64,000 nt of DNA, from the NCBI GenBank assembly GCA_051294375.1, contig CM119269.1, forward strand, positions 6,647,552-6,711,551, read 5' to 3'. Below the pieces are notes generated by a model, which saw only the letters and a program-made list of their open reading frames with translations, made no database searches and was not told the DNA's origin. A program made the translations under genes and the position numbers. Below, one piece after another: positions 1 to 15,567 of the stretch. Source of the stretch: Paraspadella gotoi. Taxonomy: Eukaryota; Animalia; Chaetognatha. Every line of letters begins with the position of its first letter. Positions within the stretch are counted from its first letter, which is position 1.

Positions 1-150
1 GGAGACGATTAGAGAAGGTGATGGAGTTAAAGGGTGAGGAAGGGTGAGGTTAGCGTTTGATAGGACAAGGAAGGGAGGGGGACCTAGGTGGTAAATAAGG
101 TGGGGTGGATATTTGCGGGGTCAGAAGGGTAAGAAAAGGTATGGTTTCAG

Positions 151-4245
<4,095 letters not shown>

Positions 4246-4328
4246 TTTCGTTGCCTTTTCTTGATGTTCTTAAGCAATTGGATGTTATAATTAAAGAGAC
4301 AGTAATTATTGTTATGCGTTAGTGACAG

Positions 4329-4523
4329 AACCGTTCAATATAAGCACTGCTTATTAAGCAGTCCCCGAGCTTCGGATATGGCTGTAACACCGTGTTACAG
4401 GCGGGTTAAGCGCCCCGTCTCTTAACTGCGAGGCGACCACCGGGCTAGAACCTGGACTTTGGGTTGGGAGCGAACACTTGCCTCCTGCACCAATGATGAA
4501 CGGTTGGTGGATTTTAGTCCACC
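4329..4523 (-). mobile_element. Candidate tRNA-derived SINE or structured Pol III-type ncRNA
   Basis: Minus strand reads tggtgcaggagg (A-box-like), then gttcgc(c)tcccaac, then ggttctagccc (B-box/T-loop-like), followed by several hairpins. A second copy lies at 4803-4985. Confidence 0.5.
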
Positions 4524-5226
4524 ATATAATTAAAATTATCTACGGGATAATTTAAAAAAAAAATATAGTTTACCGTAGAACGATGGTGTACAAAAAACGA
4601 CGACGACGACAAGAGAACGACAAACGACAACAACAATATCTTTTTTTTAGGACGATTGCGTTTGCGTTTGTGATAAAAGATTTTGTCCGGATGTGACGGA
4701 GTTGTTGCTCCTCGATTGGGATTAAAAGGTCTCGCCTGGAGCTTAAAAAAAAAAGCCGAATCACTGAGTACTCTTGANNNNNNNNNNNNNNNNNNNNNNN
4801 NNCTGCTTATTTAAGCCAGTCCCCGAGCTTCGGATATGGCTGTAACACCGTGTTACAGGGCGGTTAAGCGCCCCGTCCCTCTTAACTGCGAGGCGACCAC
4901 CGGGCTAGAACCCTGGACCTTTGTTGGGAGGCGAACTACTTGCCTCCTGCACCAATGATGAACGGTTGGTGGATTTTAGTCCACCATATAATTAAAATTA
5001 TCTACGGGATAATTTAAAAAAAAATATAGTTTTACCGTAGAACGATGGTGTACAAAAAACGACCGACGACGACGACGAGAACGACAACGACAACAACAAT
5101 ATCTTTTTTTTAGGACGATTGCGTTTGCGTTTGTGATAAAAAGATTTTGTCCGCGAGTGTGACGAGTTGTTGCTCCTCGATTGGGATTAAAAGGTCTCCG
5201 CTGGAGCTTAAAAAAAAAAGCCCGAA
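4347..5226. repeat. Tandem direct duplication (4347-4760 vs 4803-5226) across a 25-N gap; probable overlap artefact
   Basis: The same sequence occurs on both sides of N 4778-4802, differing mostly by single-base indels. Confidence 0.85.
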
Positions 5227-6416
5227 CTGGAGCTGGAGGACCTGCGCGGGAGAATCCGCGAATGTAGTGGAAAAAAAAGAAGTGCAGGTTCAATGTTTTG
5301 CTTTTGCACTGCTTCACGGTTTACTTACCTTTTTGTTTGTTTTTTTTTATTCTGCTCCTACGTTCAGAGTTGAAAGGATCTCAAGTTTTTTAAATAAGTT
5401 CTTTAAAATGGGTGAGGTGAGAAGAGATATTTTCGTTTTTCGTTTGATACGGCTACTTATGATTATTTTTTTTTAAATTTTTTTTTTAACAAGGTCGAAA
5501 AATATATTTCGTTTTTTCTGTCTTTGGGGTTTAAATTGAAAGAAAGAAAAGAGAGATGAAAGAAAGATAGATAGAAAAAATTAAAGAAGAGAGAGGAGAG
5601 AGAGAGACGAGAAGGAAAGCGAATTTCTGACGATGACTCAGACTCTTTTTTTTTTGTGAGCAGAAACCTGAAGATTGAGAAAGATGGGAAGGGGGAGGAA
5701 TGGGGGCGGTGGATAGGGGGGTGAAGGGCTGGGGGTGAAGAAGGAAGGGACGGTGAATATCAAACCGAGTGTGATTTCTGAGCGGCGCACACGGGTTTGC
5801 ACAGGGATTAGTGATGGACAAAAGCATGGTCAAAGGTGGACAAAATGGAATGTCTCCGAGGGAAGGGAGACTTTATGAAACGGGGATGTGAGGGTTCGAT
5901 GAGTAGATAGAAAGCGAGAGAGCGAGAGAGAGCGAGAGAGAGCGAGAGAGCGAAGCGGGAAGATGGAAATGAAATTTGTGAGAAAAAGTAAGTCGAGCCG
6001 TGAAGGGAGATTTCAAAGGGGGATGGGGAGACGGTGAAGAATTCCGGGAGCAAAAAAATGATGGATGGATTTGAACTCTGTATCCACACGAGTCATTCGG
6101 AGATGATTACTCCTTTTTTTTCTTTTTTTTTTCGGGGACAACAGTTGCTTCCTCAGCGTCTAGGGTAAGAATGAATAAGGATATAAACTGTAGTAGGTTA
6201 AAATTGAAGCAGGGAATAACTTTGCAATATTCAACGAACTAGTTTTGTTGACGGGCAGGGTGAGATTTAGATTGAGAGTTTAGCAAATGGTGTCGAAATG
6301 CAAAAAGGGATCCGCGTGAAATTATTTTCTCTTTGCAACCAGATTAATTCGTTTTAAGGAGTTTTTTTTTTCAGCCGTAGGCATATTGATAACTGATAAG
6401 GCCGGAAAAGAGAAGG

Positions 6417-6495
<79 letters not shown>

Positions 6496-6735
6496 AGAGG
6501 AGACAAGTGACGAGTTTGTAAACAATTCGATCCAAGCCAAAGGCCCATCCGGAGTTGCCTACAGCCTAATCGCCCCCCCCCCAACGGTCGGCACGAATTT
6601 TTTTGAAGTTTATTTCACGGAAACAAATTAACATGACTTTTTTTGGATGCATTTGTAAAAGAGTCAAACTGAAATACGTTTAAATTGTACGATTATTAAG
6701 TCAATGTCGTAACGTACGTGCAGTCGTACCTAAGC

Positions 6736-6771
<36 letters not shown>

Positions 6772-7326
6772 CCGTGCCGACAACCAGGGTTTCGAACAAA
6801 ATGCTCTCTCCTCTGGCTGTTTATTCTCCTCTCTCTCTCTCTCGGCCCTTCTCGATCCCTCTCCCTTGTGTGCTCGCTCTCTCTCTCTCTCTCTGCTCTC
6901 TCCTCTCTCGTCTCTCCTTCTCTCTCTCCTCTCTCTCTCTCTCTTTTTTTTTTCCCTTTTTTTCTTTCTCGTGCCTCAATTATTCTTTATTATCGAGACA
7001 ACAAGTCTCGATGCGCGACGTTCCTCCGACGTCCGCCGCTGGCGTCCGGCCGCATTACTCCTTAGCTTCAGTGCCTCTTCCCACCGCTACTTTCGCCAGC
7101 AAACCACAGCCTTTTCTCGCCGCGTCTTCGCCGCACAAACCCGCCTATTTTCCCGCCGCGGACTATTTTCGAAGCCGCTTCTCTCAAACCTGCCGTCAAC
7201 ACTTCGAGGAAAAATTTTATCAATTCTCTTTCGACCGCTTGCCAAGCCAAATGCGCTAATTTGCGCATCCTTCGCACTCATCTCTCCTCTTTGTTCTCTC
7301 CTCTGCTCTTCTCTCTCCTCTCCTCT

Positions 7327-7370
<44 letters not shown>

Positions 7371-7796
7371 CTCTGCTCTCTCCGCTGATTTCCTCTTCTG
7401 CTCTCGTCGCTTTCTCTTTCCTTATCTCTACTCCTTTCATTTTTTTCCTTTCCTCGATCCTCTCTTCCTCTCTNNNNNNNNNNNNNNNNNNNNNNNNNGC
7501 AGAGGAGGCATATGGTGATTTCCCTCCACTATTCTCGACGCCTGATTGCGTCCAGCCGCGGGACCAGGCCGCGACTTTCCTCGGCGGCGGAGTCAAGTCC
7601 GCTTCCTGATTCGCCTCGTCTTTGCCGCGACAGGCAAGAGGATTTCTCTTCCATTCTCTTTTTCTCTCTCCTCCTTCGGCTCCTCTTTTCGCGCGTCTTA
7701 CTCTCGAATTTCGGGGCATTACAATCTTATCATTTCTCATGAAAAATCAGTCAATGTCAATTAGGAAAATATATGAAAGCATAAGAACTAATACTT

Positions 7797-7827
<31 letters not shown>

Positions 7828-8239
7828 TTCTCTCTCGCTTTCTGTCTCCCTTCGAACTCAATTAGCCCATAGCCCTCTCGATGCCAGATGCTTTCTTATC
7901 ATCGCCTTCCAACTCTGAAAATCGAGATAAGAAACGAAAGAAAAAAAAGGTTTTTTTTATTTGTGTTTCTCAATTCGTAACTAAAGCAACGCAGACCATA
8001 AATATAATCACGGGGAAAGGATTAGTTTTTTTTGTTAAAATGAGCGTGAAAGGATTTATTTATACAAAATTAACTATTATTATTTCTGAGAAAAAAAAAC
8101 CAACAATAAGAGACAGTGGGCGATCTCTGGTTCCAGACCTAGTTATTTCCGATGTGTTGCTTTTTTTGTGGTCGATGCTTTTCACTAAATCTCCCAAACT
8201 CAGACCCAAAACTTATAACTAGTCACACAAAGCAACCTC

Positions 8240-9480
8240 GTAAATAAAACATGGACAAAGAACGGAAATGAAATTGTATTTCTCCATAAAAATACGTAAT
8301 TATAAAAAAAAATAGATTTTTTTCGCTTATATCATTTTTGCTTCCATTGACAACAAACCATTAATAAAAAAACAAGATGAAAAACCGAAGGAATTGATAA
8401 GACTGAAAGAATAATGTATTGAGTAGATATGTTTACACGATTTACAATATTTTTTCAATATTTCTATTCTCATAGACTAATCATTTCAAGGCTGTCTAAA
8501 GTGAAAATGAGAGTTATAGAATATGAAGTAATAAAAGAAGAAAAAAGCAGATCAGCTTTAAAGGAAATAATAATGATGAAAAAGAAGAGGACAATGTTGA
8601 GCATCAAGCTCGATGCTTTCCATTCGATGCCAACAACGACGAGGACGACGACGACGACGAAAACGACGACGACGAAATCGACGACGACCGTTGCGCCTCT
8701 GCCGTTGATTCTACGAACTCTCNNNNNNNNNNNNNNNNNNNNNNNNNGTTTTTTTTTTCGGTTTCGAACGTCTGTAAAAATCGCATGTAGGATGGAGAAC
8801 ATCTTCAAAGAGAGAGAGAGAGAGAGAGGAGAAGAAGAGGAGAGAGAGAGAGAGAGAGAAGAGAGAAGAGAGAGAGAAAGAGAGAGAGAGATGAGGAGAG
8901 GAGAAGTTCGTAGAAATGACGGCAGAGGACGCAAACGGTCGGTCGCGATTTGCGTCGTCTCGTCTGCCTCGGTCCTCGTCGCTGTTGGCAATCGAATGGG
9001 AAAGCATCGAGCTGATGCTACAATATACATTGTACCTCTTCTTTTTCCATCATTATTATTTCCTTTAAAGCTAATCTGAATTTTTTTCTGTCATAAACTT
9101 TTATCTTACTAATCATATATCTATCACTCCTCATTTTCACTTTAGACCTACCCAATTCAACTAGTCCTTTAGAACCCCGCTGTGATATCGTTCTATGAGA
9201 ATGATTCGAAATATTGATAAATGATTGTAGAATCCTGCTGTGTAAACACTATCTACTCACTATGACCAACGAACTTACATTATTCCTTTCAGTTTATCCA
9301 ATTCCTTCTTTCGTTTCTTCATCTATTGTTATTTTTATTAAATGGTATTTGTCGAGAAGCAAAATAGAATACCATTGCGCGGCTGTTATAAAAAAATAGA
9401 AATCATTCTAAGTTTTTTGTTATTTATAATTTACGTGTATTTCTTTTATGGAGAAATCTACATATTTCATTGTCCGGGCG
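8240..9480. repeat. Fold-back inverted repeat around the 25-N gap 8723-8747 (8240-8722 vs noisy 8900-9480)
   Basis: For example gccgttgattctacgaactctc (8701-8722) pairs with gagaagttcgtagaaatgacggcag (~8901). The right arm is indel-rich. Confidence 0.75.
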
Positions 9481-11497
9481 TACTTTGTCCATTTACATCA
9501 CGCATAAAACCGGGGTAAAACTCGAAAAGGAACAGTTTTTAACGATTAACCTGCGTTGGGAATTCGAGATTTTCAGTCAATCTTTTCTCGTTTTATTAAT
9601 TTTTCCCTAAATTTTTTTTGTTCGCATACGCGAGATATTCAAAGAGGATAAAAAGACCTTATCAACTGCGTTACTGAAATTTATGGATATGGTCTCACGG
9701 TATGGCCTCGCACGAAATGAGATACAGTCTTTTCTGAAAATCCTTGAGAACGTATTAGTTGTTTTACTTTTCCTTTTCGATAAAATCTGCCTTTTATCAT
9801 AAATTTTAGATTCTATTGATACGGACATCCAATATCTGTGACATGGTTTTTACAAGCGGCAACTATACCTTATCAAGACATTGCTTTGAAGAAATTTTTT
9901 GAGAGTCTCTCTTCTTTCTCTTCTCACTGTCTCACTCTTCTTCTCCCTCTGATTTTCATCCTACTATCTGCTTCATCCCTCCCTCATCCTCCTCATTCTT
10001 ACTCAACTCTTTCCTTACTAGAATAGATTTGAATTTAATGCAATGTTAATAAAATAAACCAATCCTCGATATTTTGTAATAAAATCTTTTTAATGCAATA
10101 GTAAATTAGGAATTAATTTTGTTGGAAAAAAATTGAGAAGAAGTTAGAAAAAAAATTAAGGAAAAAGAAATTTAAAAAAAAACTGAAAATTAAAAAAACG
10201 GTAAAGAAGATTCCGAAATCTTTTGTTTCTCGATTGCGAAAAATATCCCGTTTTTGCGTGTAATGATTTACGAGGGTTTGCTATAAAAAAAGCAATTGTA
10301 TCAGAAACGGAACTTTAATTAAACGAAATATTTTTCTGAAATTAAAGAAAAATATAATTTTCGAGTATTTTCATTGTCATCTGCAAGACCCCGGGAAACT
10401 TATTTTCGGGTAAGTTAAAATCTACAATTTTGATATTATTTGGAAATTTTAAAAATTAAATGCGACACTTAACAGTTTCAAGACAACAAATTACAAACTC
10501 GAACATATCGTATGAGTGTTATGATCAAATACGTATGTTCTTTATTAGTTGTGAGAATTGAATAGGATACTGACCCGCACAAGCTTACGCGCATTGACGC
10601 ACTGATTTTCCCTCACTCGCCATTATTAGGCAATGAGCAATGTGCATTATTCTGCCGTTGTTTCCGTAGTTTTGAAAAATCTGGTGGAACTGGAAGGATC
10701 TGATTAAATCGATGATAACGACGACGACGACGACGTCGAAGATGATGATCATGATGACGGGACATTTGATGTGCGAGTTCTCAGTATTTTCTCTACCTCT
10801 CTATCTCTCTCTTCGCTTTTTCGTTGCTTATTTCGCTTGTCATTTAGGCTTTTATCTCTCTCTCTCTCTCGCTTTTTAATTTATCGGCGAATTTCGACGA
10901 TTATTTAAATATTATCATTGGGAGATTCATTTAGATCAATAGTTAAAATATTTTTATCTTTTGTAAAAGATTATAGACTCTAGTAAATAGTAAAAATATT
11001 ATCTCTGCGAAATCCCTCCAGTTTTTAATGTCGTTTCCATTTTCGCCTCCAGACATTTTATCCGCCCACTCAAGCGACAGTCTTTTGTTATCATTTTCTG
11101 TCAAAGGCGCCTTTTTTCCTTTTTCCTCCCCGCCGGCGCACATCTAATTCCTCCGCTAGGGGCGCCGCTTTCTCGTTCCTTCTGCTCAGGGACACGCCCA
11201 CGTGTCGCCCTATCGCTCTCTCAATCTATAGCGACATTTGGGATTTATTTCCGGCGACATCACGCGCTCACACCTAAATGGCAGAATCTCACTGATATTT
11301 TCTGATTTCTTGACTATTTTTTTTCTCTGACTTCGTCTTCATCGTCCCTCAGTTACGATATTGAGGGCGCGAACGATAACATCTCTCTCTCTCTNNNNNN
11401 NNNNCTCTCTCTCTTTTCTGTTTCACCGTGGAGGGTGGCGATATCTTTGGCCGCGAGAGAGATTGTACCCTATCTCTGTTTGTGTGTGTGAAAGAGG

Positions 11498-11529
<32 letters not shown>

Positions 11530-11609
11530 TAGAGAGAGAACGAGTAACTATGAGATATGAGATAATCGCGTGTGCCTTGTTTCTCTCATATGGTTTGCCG
11601 AGCGATACC

Positions 11610-11662
<53 letters not shown>

Positions 11663-11820
11663 TCCAGATAAAAACGGGTTTTTGAAAAAGGTCCTCGCGA
11701 AGTCGCCAGATAAAAATGGATAAAATGGATAAAAAAAGTCGATAGGTCGACGGCGACGACAGCGACTCAAGTCCGAGGATTCATTCTTCTTTCTGAGGCC
11801 GAAATCAGCGGAACCTCGGG

Positions 11821-12432
11821 TTATTTCTCTAAACCTCCGAAAACATCGTAGGGCGGAACCTCGGGGTTTTTCTTTTCTTCGAATATGACGTCGATTGAAC
11901 TGGATTCGGGGTTCGTGATGTTGACTTCGCCAGCTGGGTCAGGGGCGTCGGTTGTGTCGGCGATGTCAGTTGCGTCGGCGATGTNNNNNNNNNNNNNNNN
12001 NNNNNNNNNNNNNNNNNNNNNNNNNNNNNNNNNNNNNNNNNNNNNNNNNNNNNNNNNNNNNNNNNNNNNNNNNNNNNNNNNNNNNNNNNNNNNNNNNNNN
12101 NNNNNNNNNNNNNNNNNNNNNNNNNNNNNNNNNNNNNNNNNNNNNNNNNNNNNNNNNNNNNNNNNNNNNNNNNNNNNNNNNNNNNNNNNNNNNNNNNNNN
12201 NNNNNNNNNNNNNNNNNNNNNNNNNNNNNNNNNNNNNNNNNNNNNNNNNNNNNNNNNNNNNNNNNNNNNNNNNNNNNNNNNNNNNNNNNNNNNNNNNNNN
12301 NNNNNNNNNNNNNNNNNNNNNNNNNNNNNNNNNNNNNNNNNNNNNNNNNNNNNNNNNNNNNNNNNNNNNNNNNNNNNNNNNNNNNNNNNNNNNNNNNNNN
12401 NNNNNNNTACTTTCGAACGAAAAAGCATTCAA
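11821..12432 (-). CDS. Candidate exon of an acidic Ala-Asp-X tripeptide-repeat protein (gap-interrupted)
   Basis: Flanks read ANENDEDLEFNLNAFSFES-[gap 11985-12407]-IADATDIADTTDAPDPAGEVNITNPESSSIDVIFEEKKNPEVPPYDVFGGLEK. The inverted noisy copy (41760-42120) shows the gap holds 9-bp units GCC GAY GCN / ACT GAC ATY. Confidence 0.45.
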   Translation of the reverse strand: MNAFSFESXXXXXXXXXXXXXXXXXXXXXXXXXXXXXXXXXXXXXXXXXXXXXXXXXXXXXXXXXXXXXXXXXXXXXXXXXXXXXXXXXXXXXXXXXXXXXXXXXXXXXXXXXXXXXXXXXXXXXXXXXXXXXXXXXXXXXXXXXXXXXXIADATDIADTTDAPDPAGEVNITNPESSSIDVIFEEKKNPEVPPYDVFGGLEK

Positions 12433-13952
12433 GTTAAATTCTAAATCCTCGTCGTTTTCATTGGCGCTGCGCCAACGAAATCTTCAAATCGCTTCGTCAT
12501 TTTTACGCCATCATTTTCATTCTTCATCGTCTCCGGCGTCGTTTCCTTTTCAATCGTCTCTAATACGTGGTGACAATTTGAAACGCGAAAAAATAAAGTA
12601 AAAATAAAAATAAATATAAAGTAAAGATTTTAAATTTTTAGAAAAAGATATCCCTAGCTAAAACTTTTATATATATATATCTTTTTGTGTGCATAAATAT
12701 CATTCTAGTCCATTTGCTTTCGCAATGGGTGGAGAAAGATAAAAATAAAATTTGAGCTTTTTAACCAGAAACTTGTATGTAAAGGGTAAATATTTTTTTT
12801 CAAATTACGTTTTTGAGTCATAATTTTTTTTTCTAGCGGCGATTTTCAAATGGTCACCCTGTAGATTTTCATATGTTCAAACCGAATCAGTTGGATACGT
12901 TCTCGGCCATCATTGTCGTTCCTTCGTTTATAAAGTAATCTTAAATAAATATGACATCGTCTACGGAGACGACCGTCGACACAGTCTACATGGTCTCCTG
13001 GCGTCGAGACGTCTGGTCGTCTGGGTGATTGGGCGTGGCTTAAAGGATTACGGCGTCAAAAGAAGAAAAGGCGTTGATAGACTTTTTTTAAAAATTTGTC
13101 TCAATGAATAAAAATGACGGGACACACCATGTGGTAAGTTCTAAACGCAGCGTTACGGAATAAGTTTACAATATATTGTGCATCAGTGTAATGTCCCCTT
13201 TTTTTTCCCTTTGGTTTGAAATTTTATCACTGATGAATTCTGCACCCGAGACCGAGACATAGAGAATTTGCAAACGAAAAGAAAACTTCTTACGTCTTTA
13301 ATATTAGACGAGAAAATATTTCGGTTCAACAACGATAATTTAATATTCGCACATGTTTCGGCTTTGGTTTCAAGCCTTCATCAGCGCTTTTAACAATTTT
13401 TACAAACAACGAAAAGAGGGAAACAATACAATGTCTCTAATAAAAACAATGTCTCTAATAAACGAGACTGTGAGAGAGTCTTGATTGAAAACTTGCAGGG
13501 ACCTGCTATGTCATTATCTTGTAAGAGTGATGGAGGCTTTAAACCACCAAAGCCTGTCCAAAGTCAGGGGCAAGATAGCTTATTTATTAAATGAATGGAT
13601 AATTTTTATATTGGTTGTACCAATTTCATTTAAAAAGAAAATGACTTACAAAAAAAGTATTTCCTTAGTTCCTTACTAGTCTTTGTCAAGTATAGTCAAG
13701 TCTTTGACATGACATGAAATTAACATGAAACATCATTATAACGATGACTGTTTTTTTCATTATCTCTTGTCCCATGTAGCTAGGTTTTCTTGACAATTTT
13801 ACCTATAATATTCATAATTAAAAGACAAAAATAGTATTGCCAAGTTGAGAACATCGGTTTTCGGATACATGATAATGATAATACGATTTAATCACACAAC
13901 AAGAAAAGCAGGTTAATGGTGACTCTTCACAATGCGAACAGAAGACCGATGA

Positions 13953-13953
13953 G

Positions 13954-14042
<89 letters not shown>
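13953..14042. repeat. (GAC)n trinucleotide microsatellite, ~30 units
   Basis: Directly visible pure run. Confidence 0.95.
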
Positions 14043-14112
14043 TATGCAGAAGAAAGAATAGAAGACAGAGATCGCTGCGACCTCTATTAGGAGAGAGAAA
14101 GAGAGAAAGAGA

Positions 14113-14177
<65 letters not shown>

Positions 14178-14659
14178 GAGAAAGATTAAAGTAATTAATT
14201 TAACAGCGCAGGAAAATAAAATGTAATATGCATATATAATTGTATATCTTTATCCGCAAATTTATTTTTTTTATTTAGCTTTCATGCCGATGGAAAAGAG
14301 TGACATATCTTTTCGAAATGCTTGTGTCAGTGAAAAAACTATTTTTTCCATAATGCTGCCTCTTTTCGTTGAACGAGGTTCAATTTGGCTTTTGACTTCT
14401 CATCCTCTGTAAATGTGCTCATTATATGATGCCAGATTTTATGGCACCGAAAGTACTCTCTAAGGATGCGAGTACTTAATTTAGAATTTTAGTCAGCCAC
14501 GAGCAACAACAACAACAACCAGCACAACTGACCCGGATGTGGCGACGATTTTATCACAAATTCTCGACTCGTTTTTATCAGTTTTATCATCGAATTAAAA
14601 TCCCAACGATTTGATTATTTTCCGAAACGAGTAGAAATTGTGAAACAACCTCGGCGTTG

Positions 14660-14744
<85 letters not shown>

Positions 14745-15161
14745 CCTCTCTCTCTCTCTCAAGTGGATTTTAATCATTTTTTTTCCTTTTTTGATAAAAA
14801 GTAATTTATGACTCTCTCTCCTAAAAAAGGGGGTGATTTATAATTTTATACGGTTGTCGTCGTCGTCGACGTCGTTGAAAGTGACATATCGATATTGTCA
14901 TTAATGATAACGAAGTCGCGGAAAGTTTTCGTCGTCGTCGTCGTCGTCGTCGTCGTTGTTGGATTGCCCTTCTCGGGGCGACCTCTGAAGAGGCCCTATT
15001 TTCGGACGGGCGAATCTGCTAATCATTTGTGCAAACATTTCATCGTCGTCGTCGTCATCGTCGTGGCGACCTACCCGTTCCCCTACCATTAAAACCGATG
15101 GGTGACGAATTTGTTGCCAGTTTTAACAAACATTGACTTAATTGTGCAAAATATGGTCTCT

Positions 15162-15233
<72 letters not shown>

Positions 15234-15567
15234 CTATCTAGCGGTAATACTGTCAACTTATATGACGAGGGGAGAGTGAGACACATAGAAAAACTTTTTT
15301 TCTTTTTTGTCACGAAAGTTTTCTTCGCCAAAAAATCACGTGAGATTTTTGGGACTGTGACGATTTGAAGTCAGACCCTTCACCGAGCATTCACTGCAAA
15401 TCATGAGATGACGTTGAAGCCAAATCATATTAGCAAATCAACTAAAATTTATCTCTTTATTCCTTTATTTGAGGAAATGATAATCGGTTACAAAATTGTC
15501 AGCGTAAATGATAAGGGGCGAGACATTCAAACATGAACACCGAGAAACGTTATCTGCGATTTGTTAT

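Noticed and set aside
4355-4372. RNase MRP-like gtcccc motif
   Set aside because: It lacks the GAAAG prefix and the 3' GGGGCUCA partner.
4440-4495. Functional tRNA gene on the minus strand
   Set aside because: No convincing acceptor or anticodon stems, and the B box is mutated (GTTCT); at most a tRNA-derived head.
4460-4520. HDV-like, hammerhead or twister ribozyme (cctcct, tgatga, ggttctagccc motifs)
   Set aside because: The required pairings and cores (P3/P1.1 for HDV; CUGAUGA + GAAA for hammerhead) are absent; tRNA-like boxes explain the sequence better.
5147-5290. KRSPLELKKK as a Myb/SANT-like fragment
   Set aside because: Too short, located in an error-prone duplicated stretch, and without flanking conserved Trp residues in frame.
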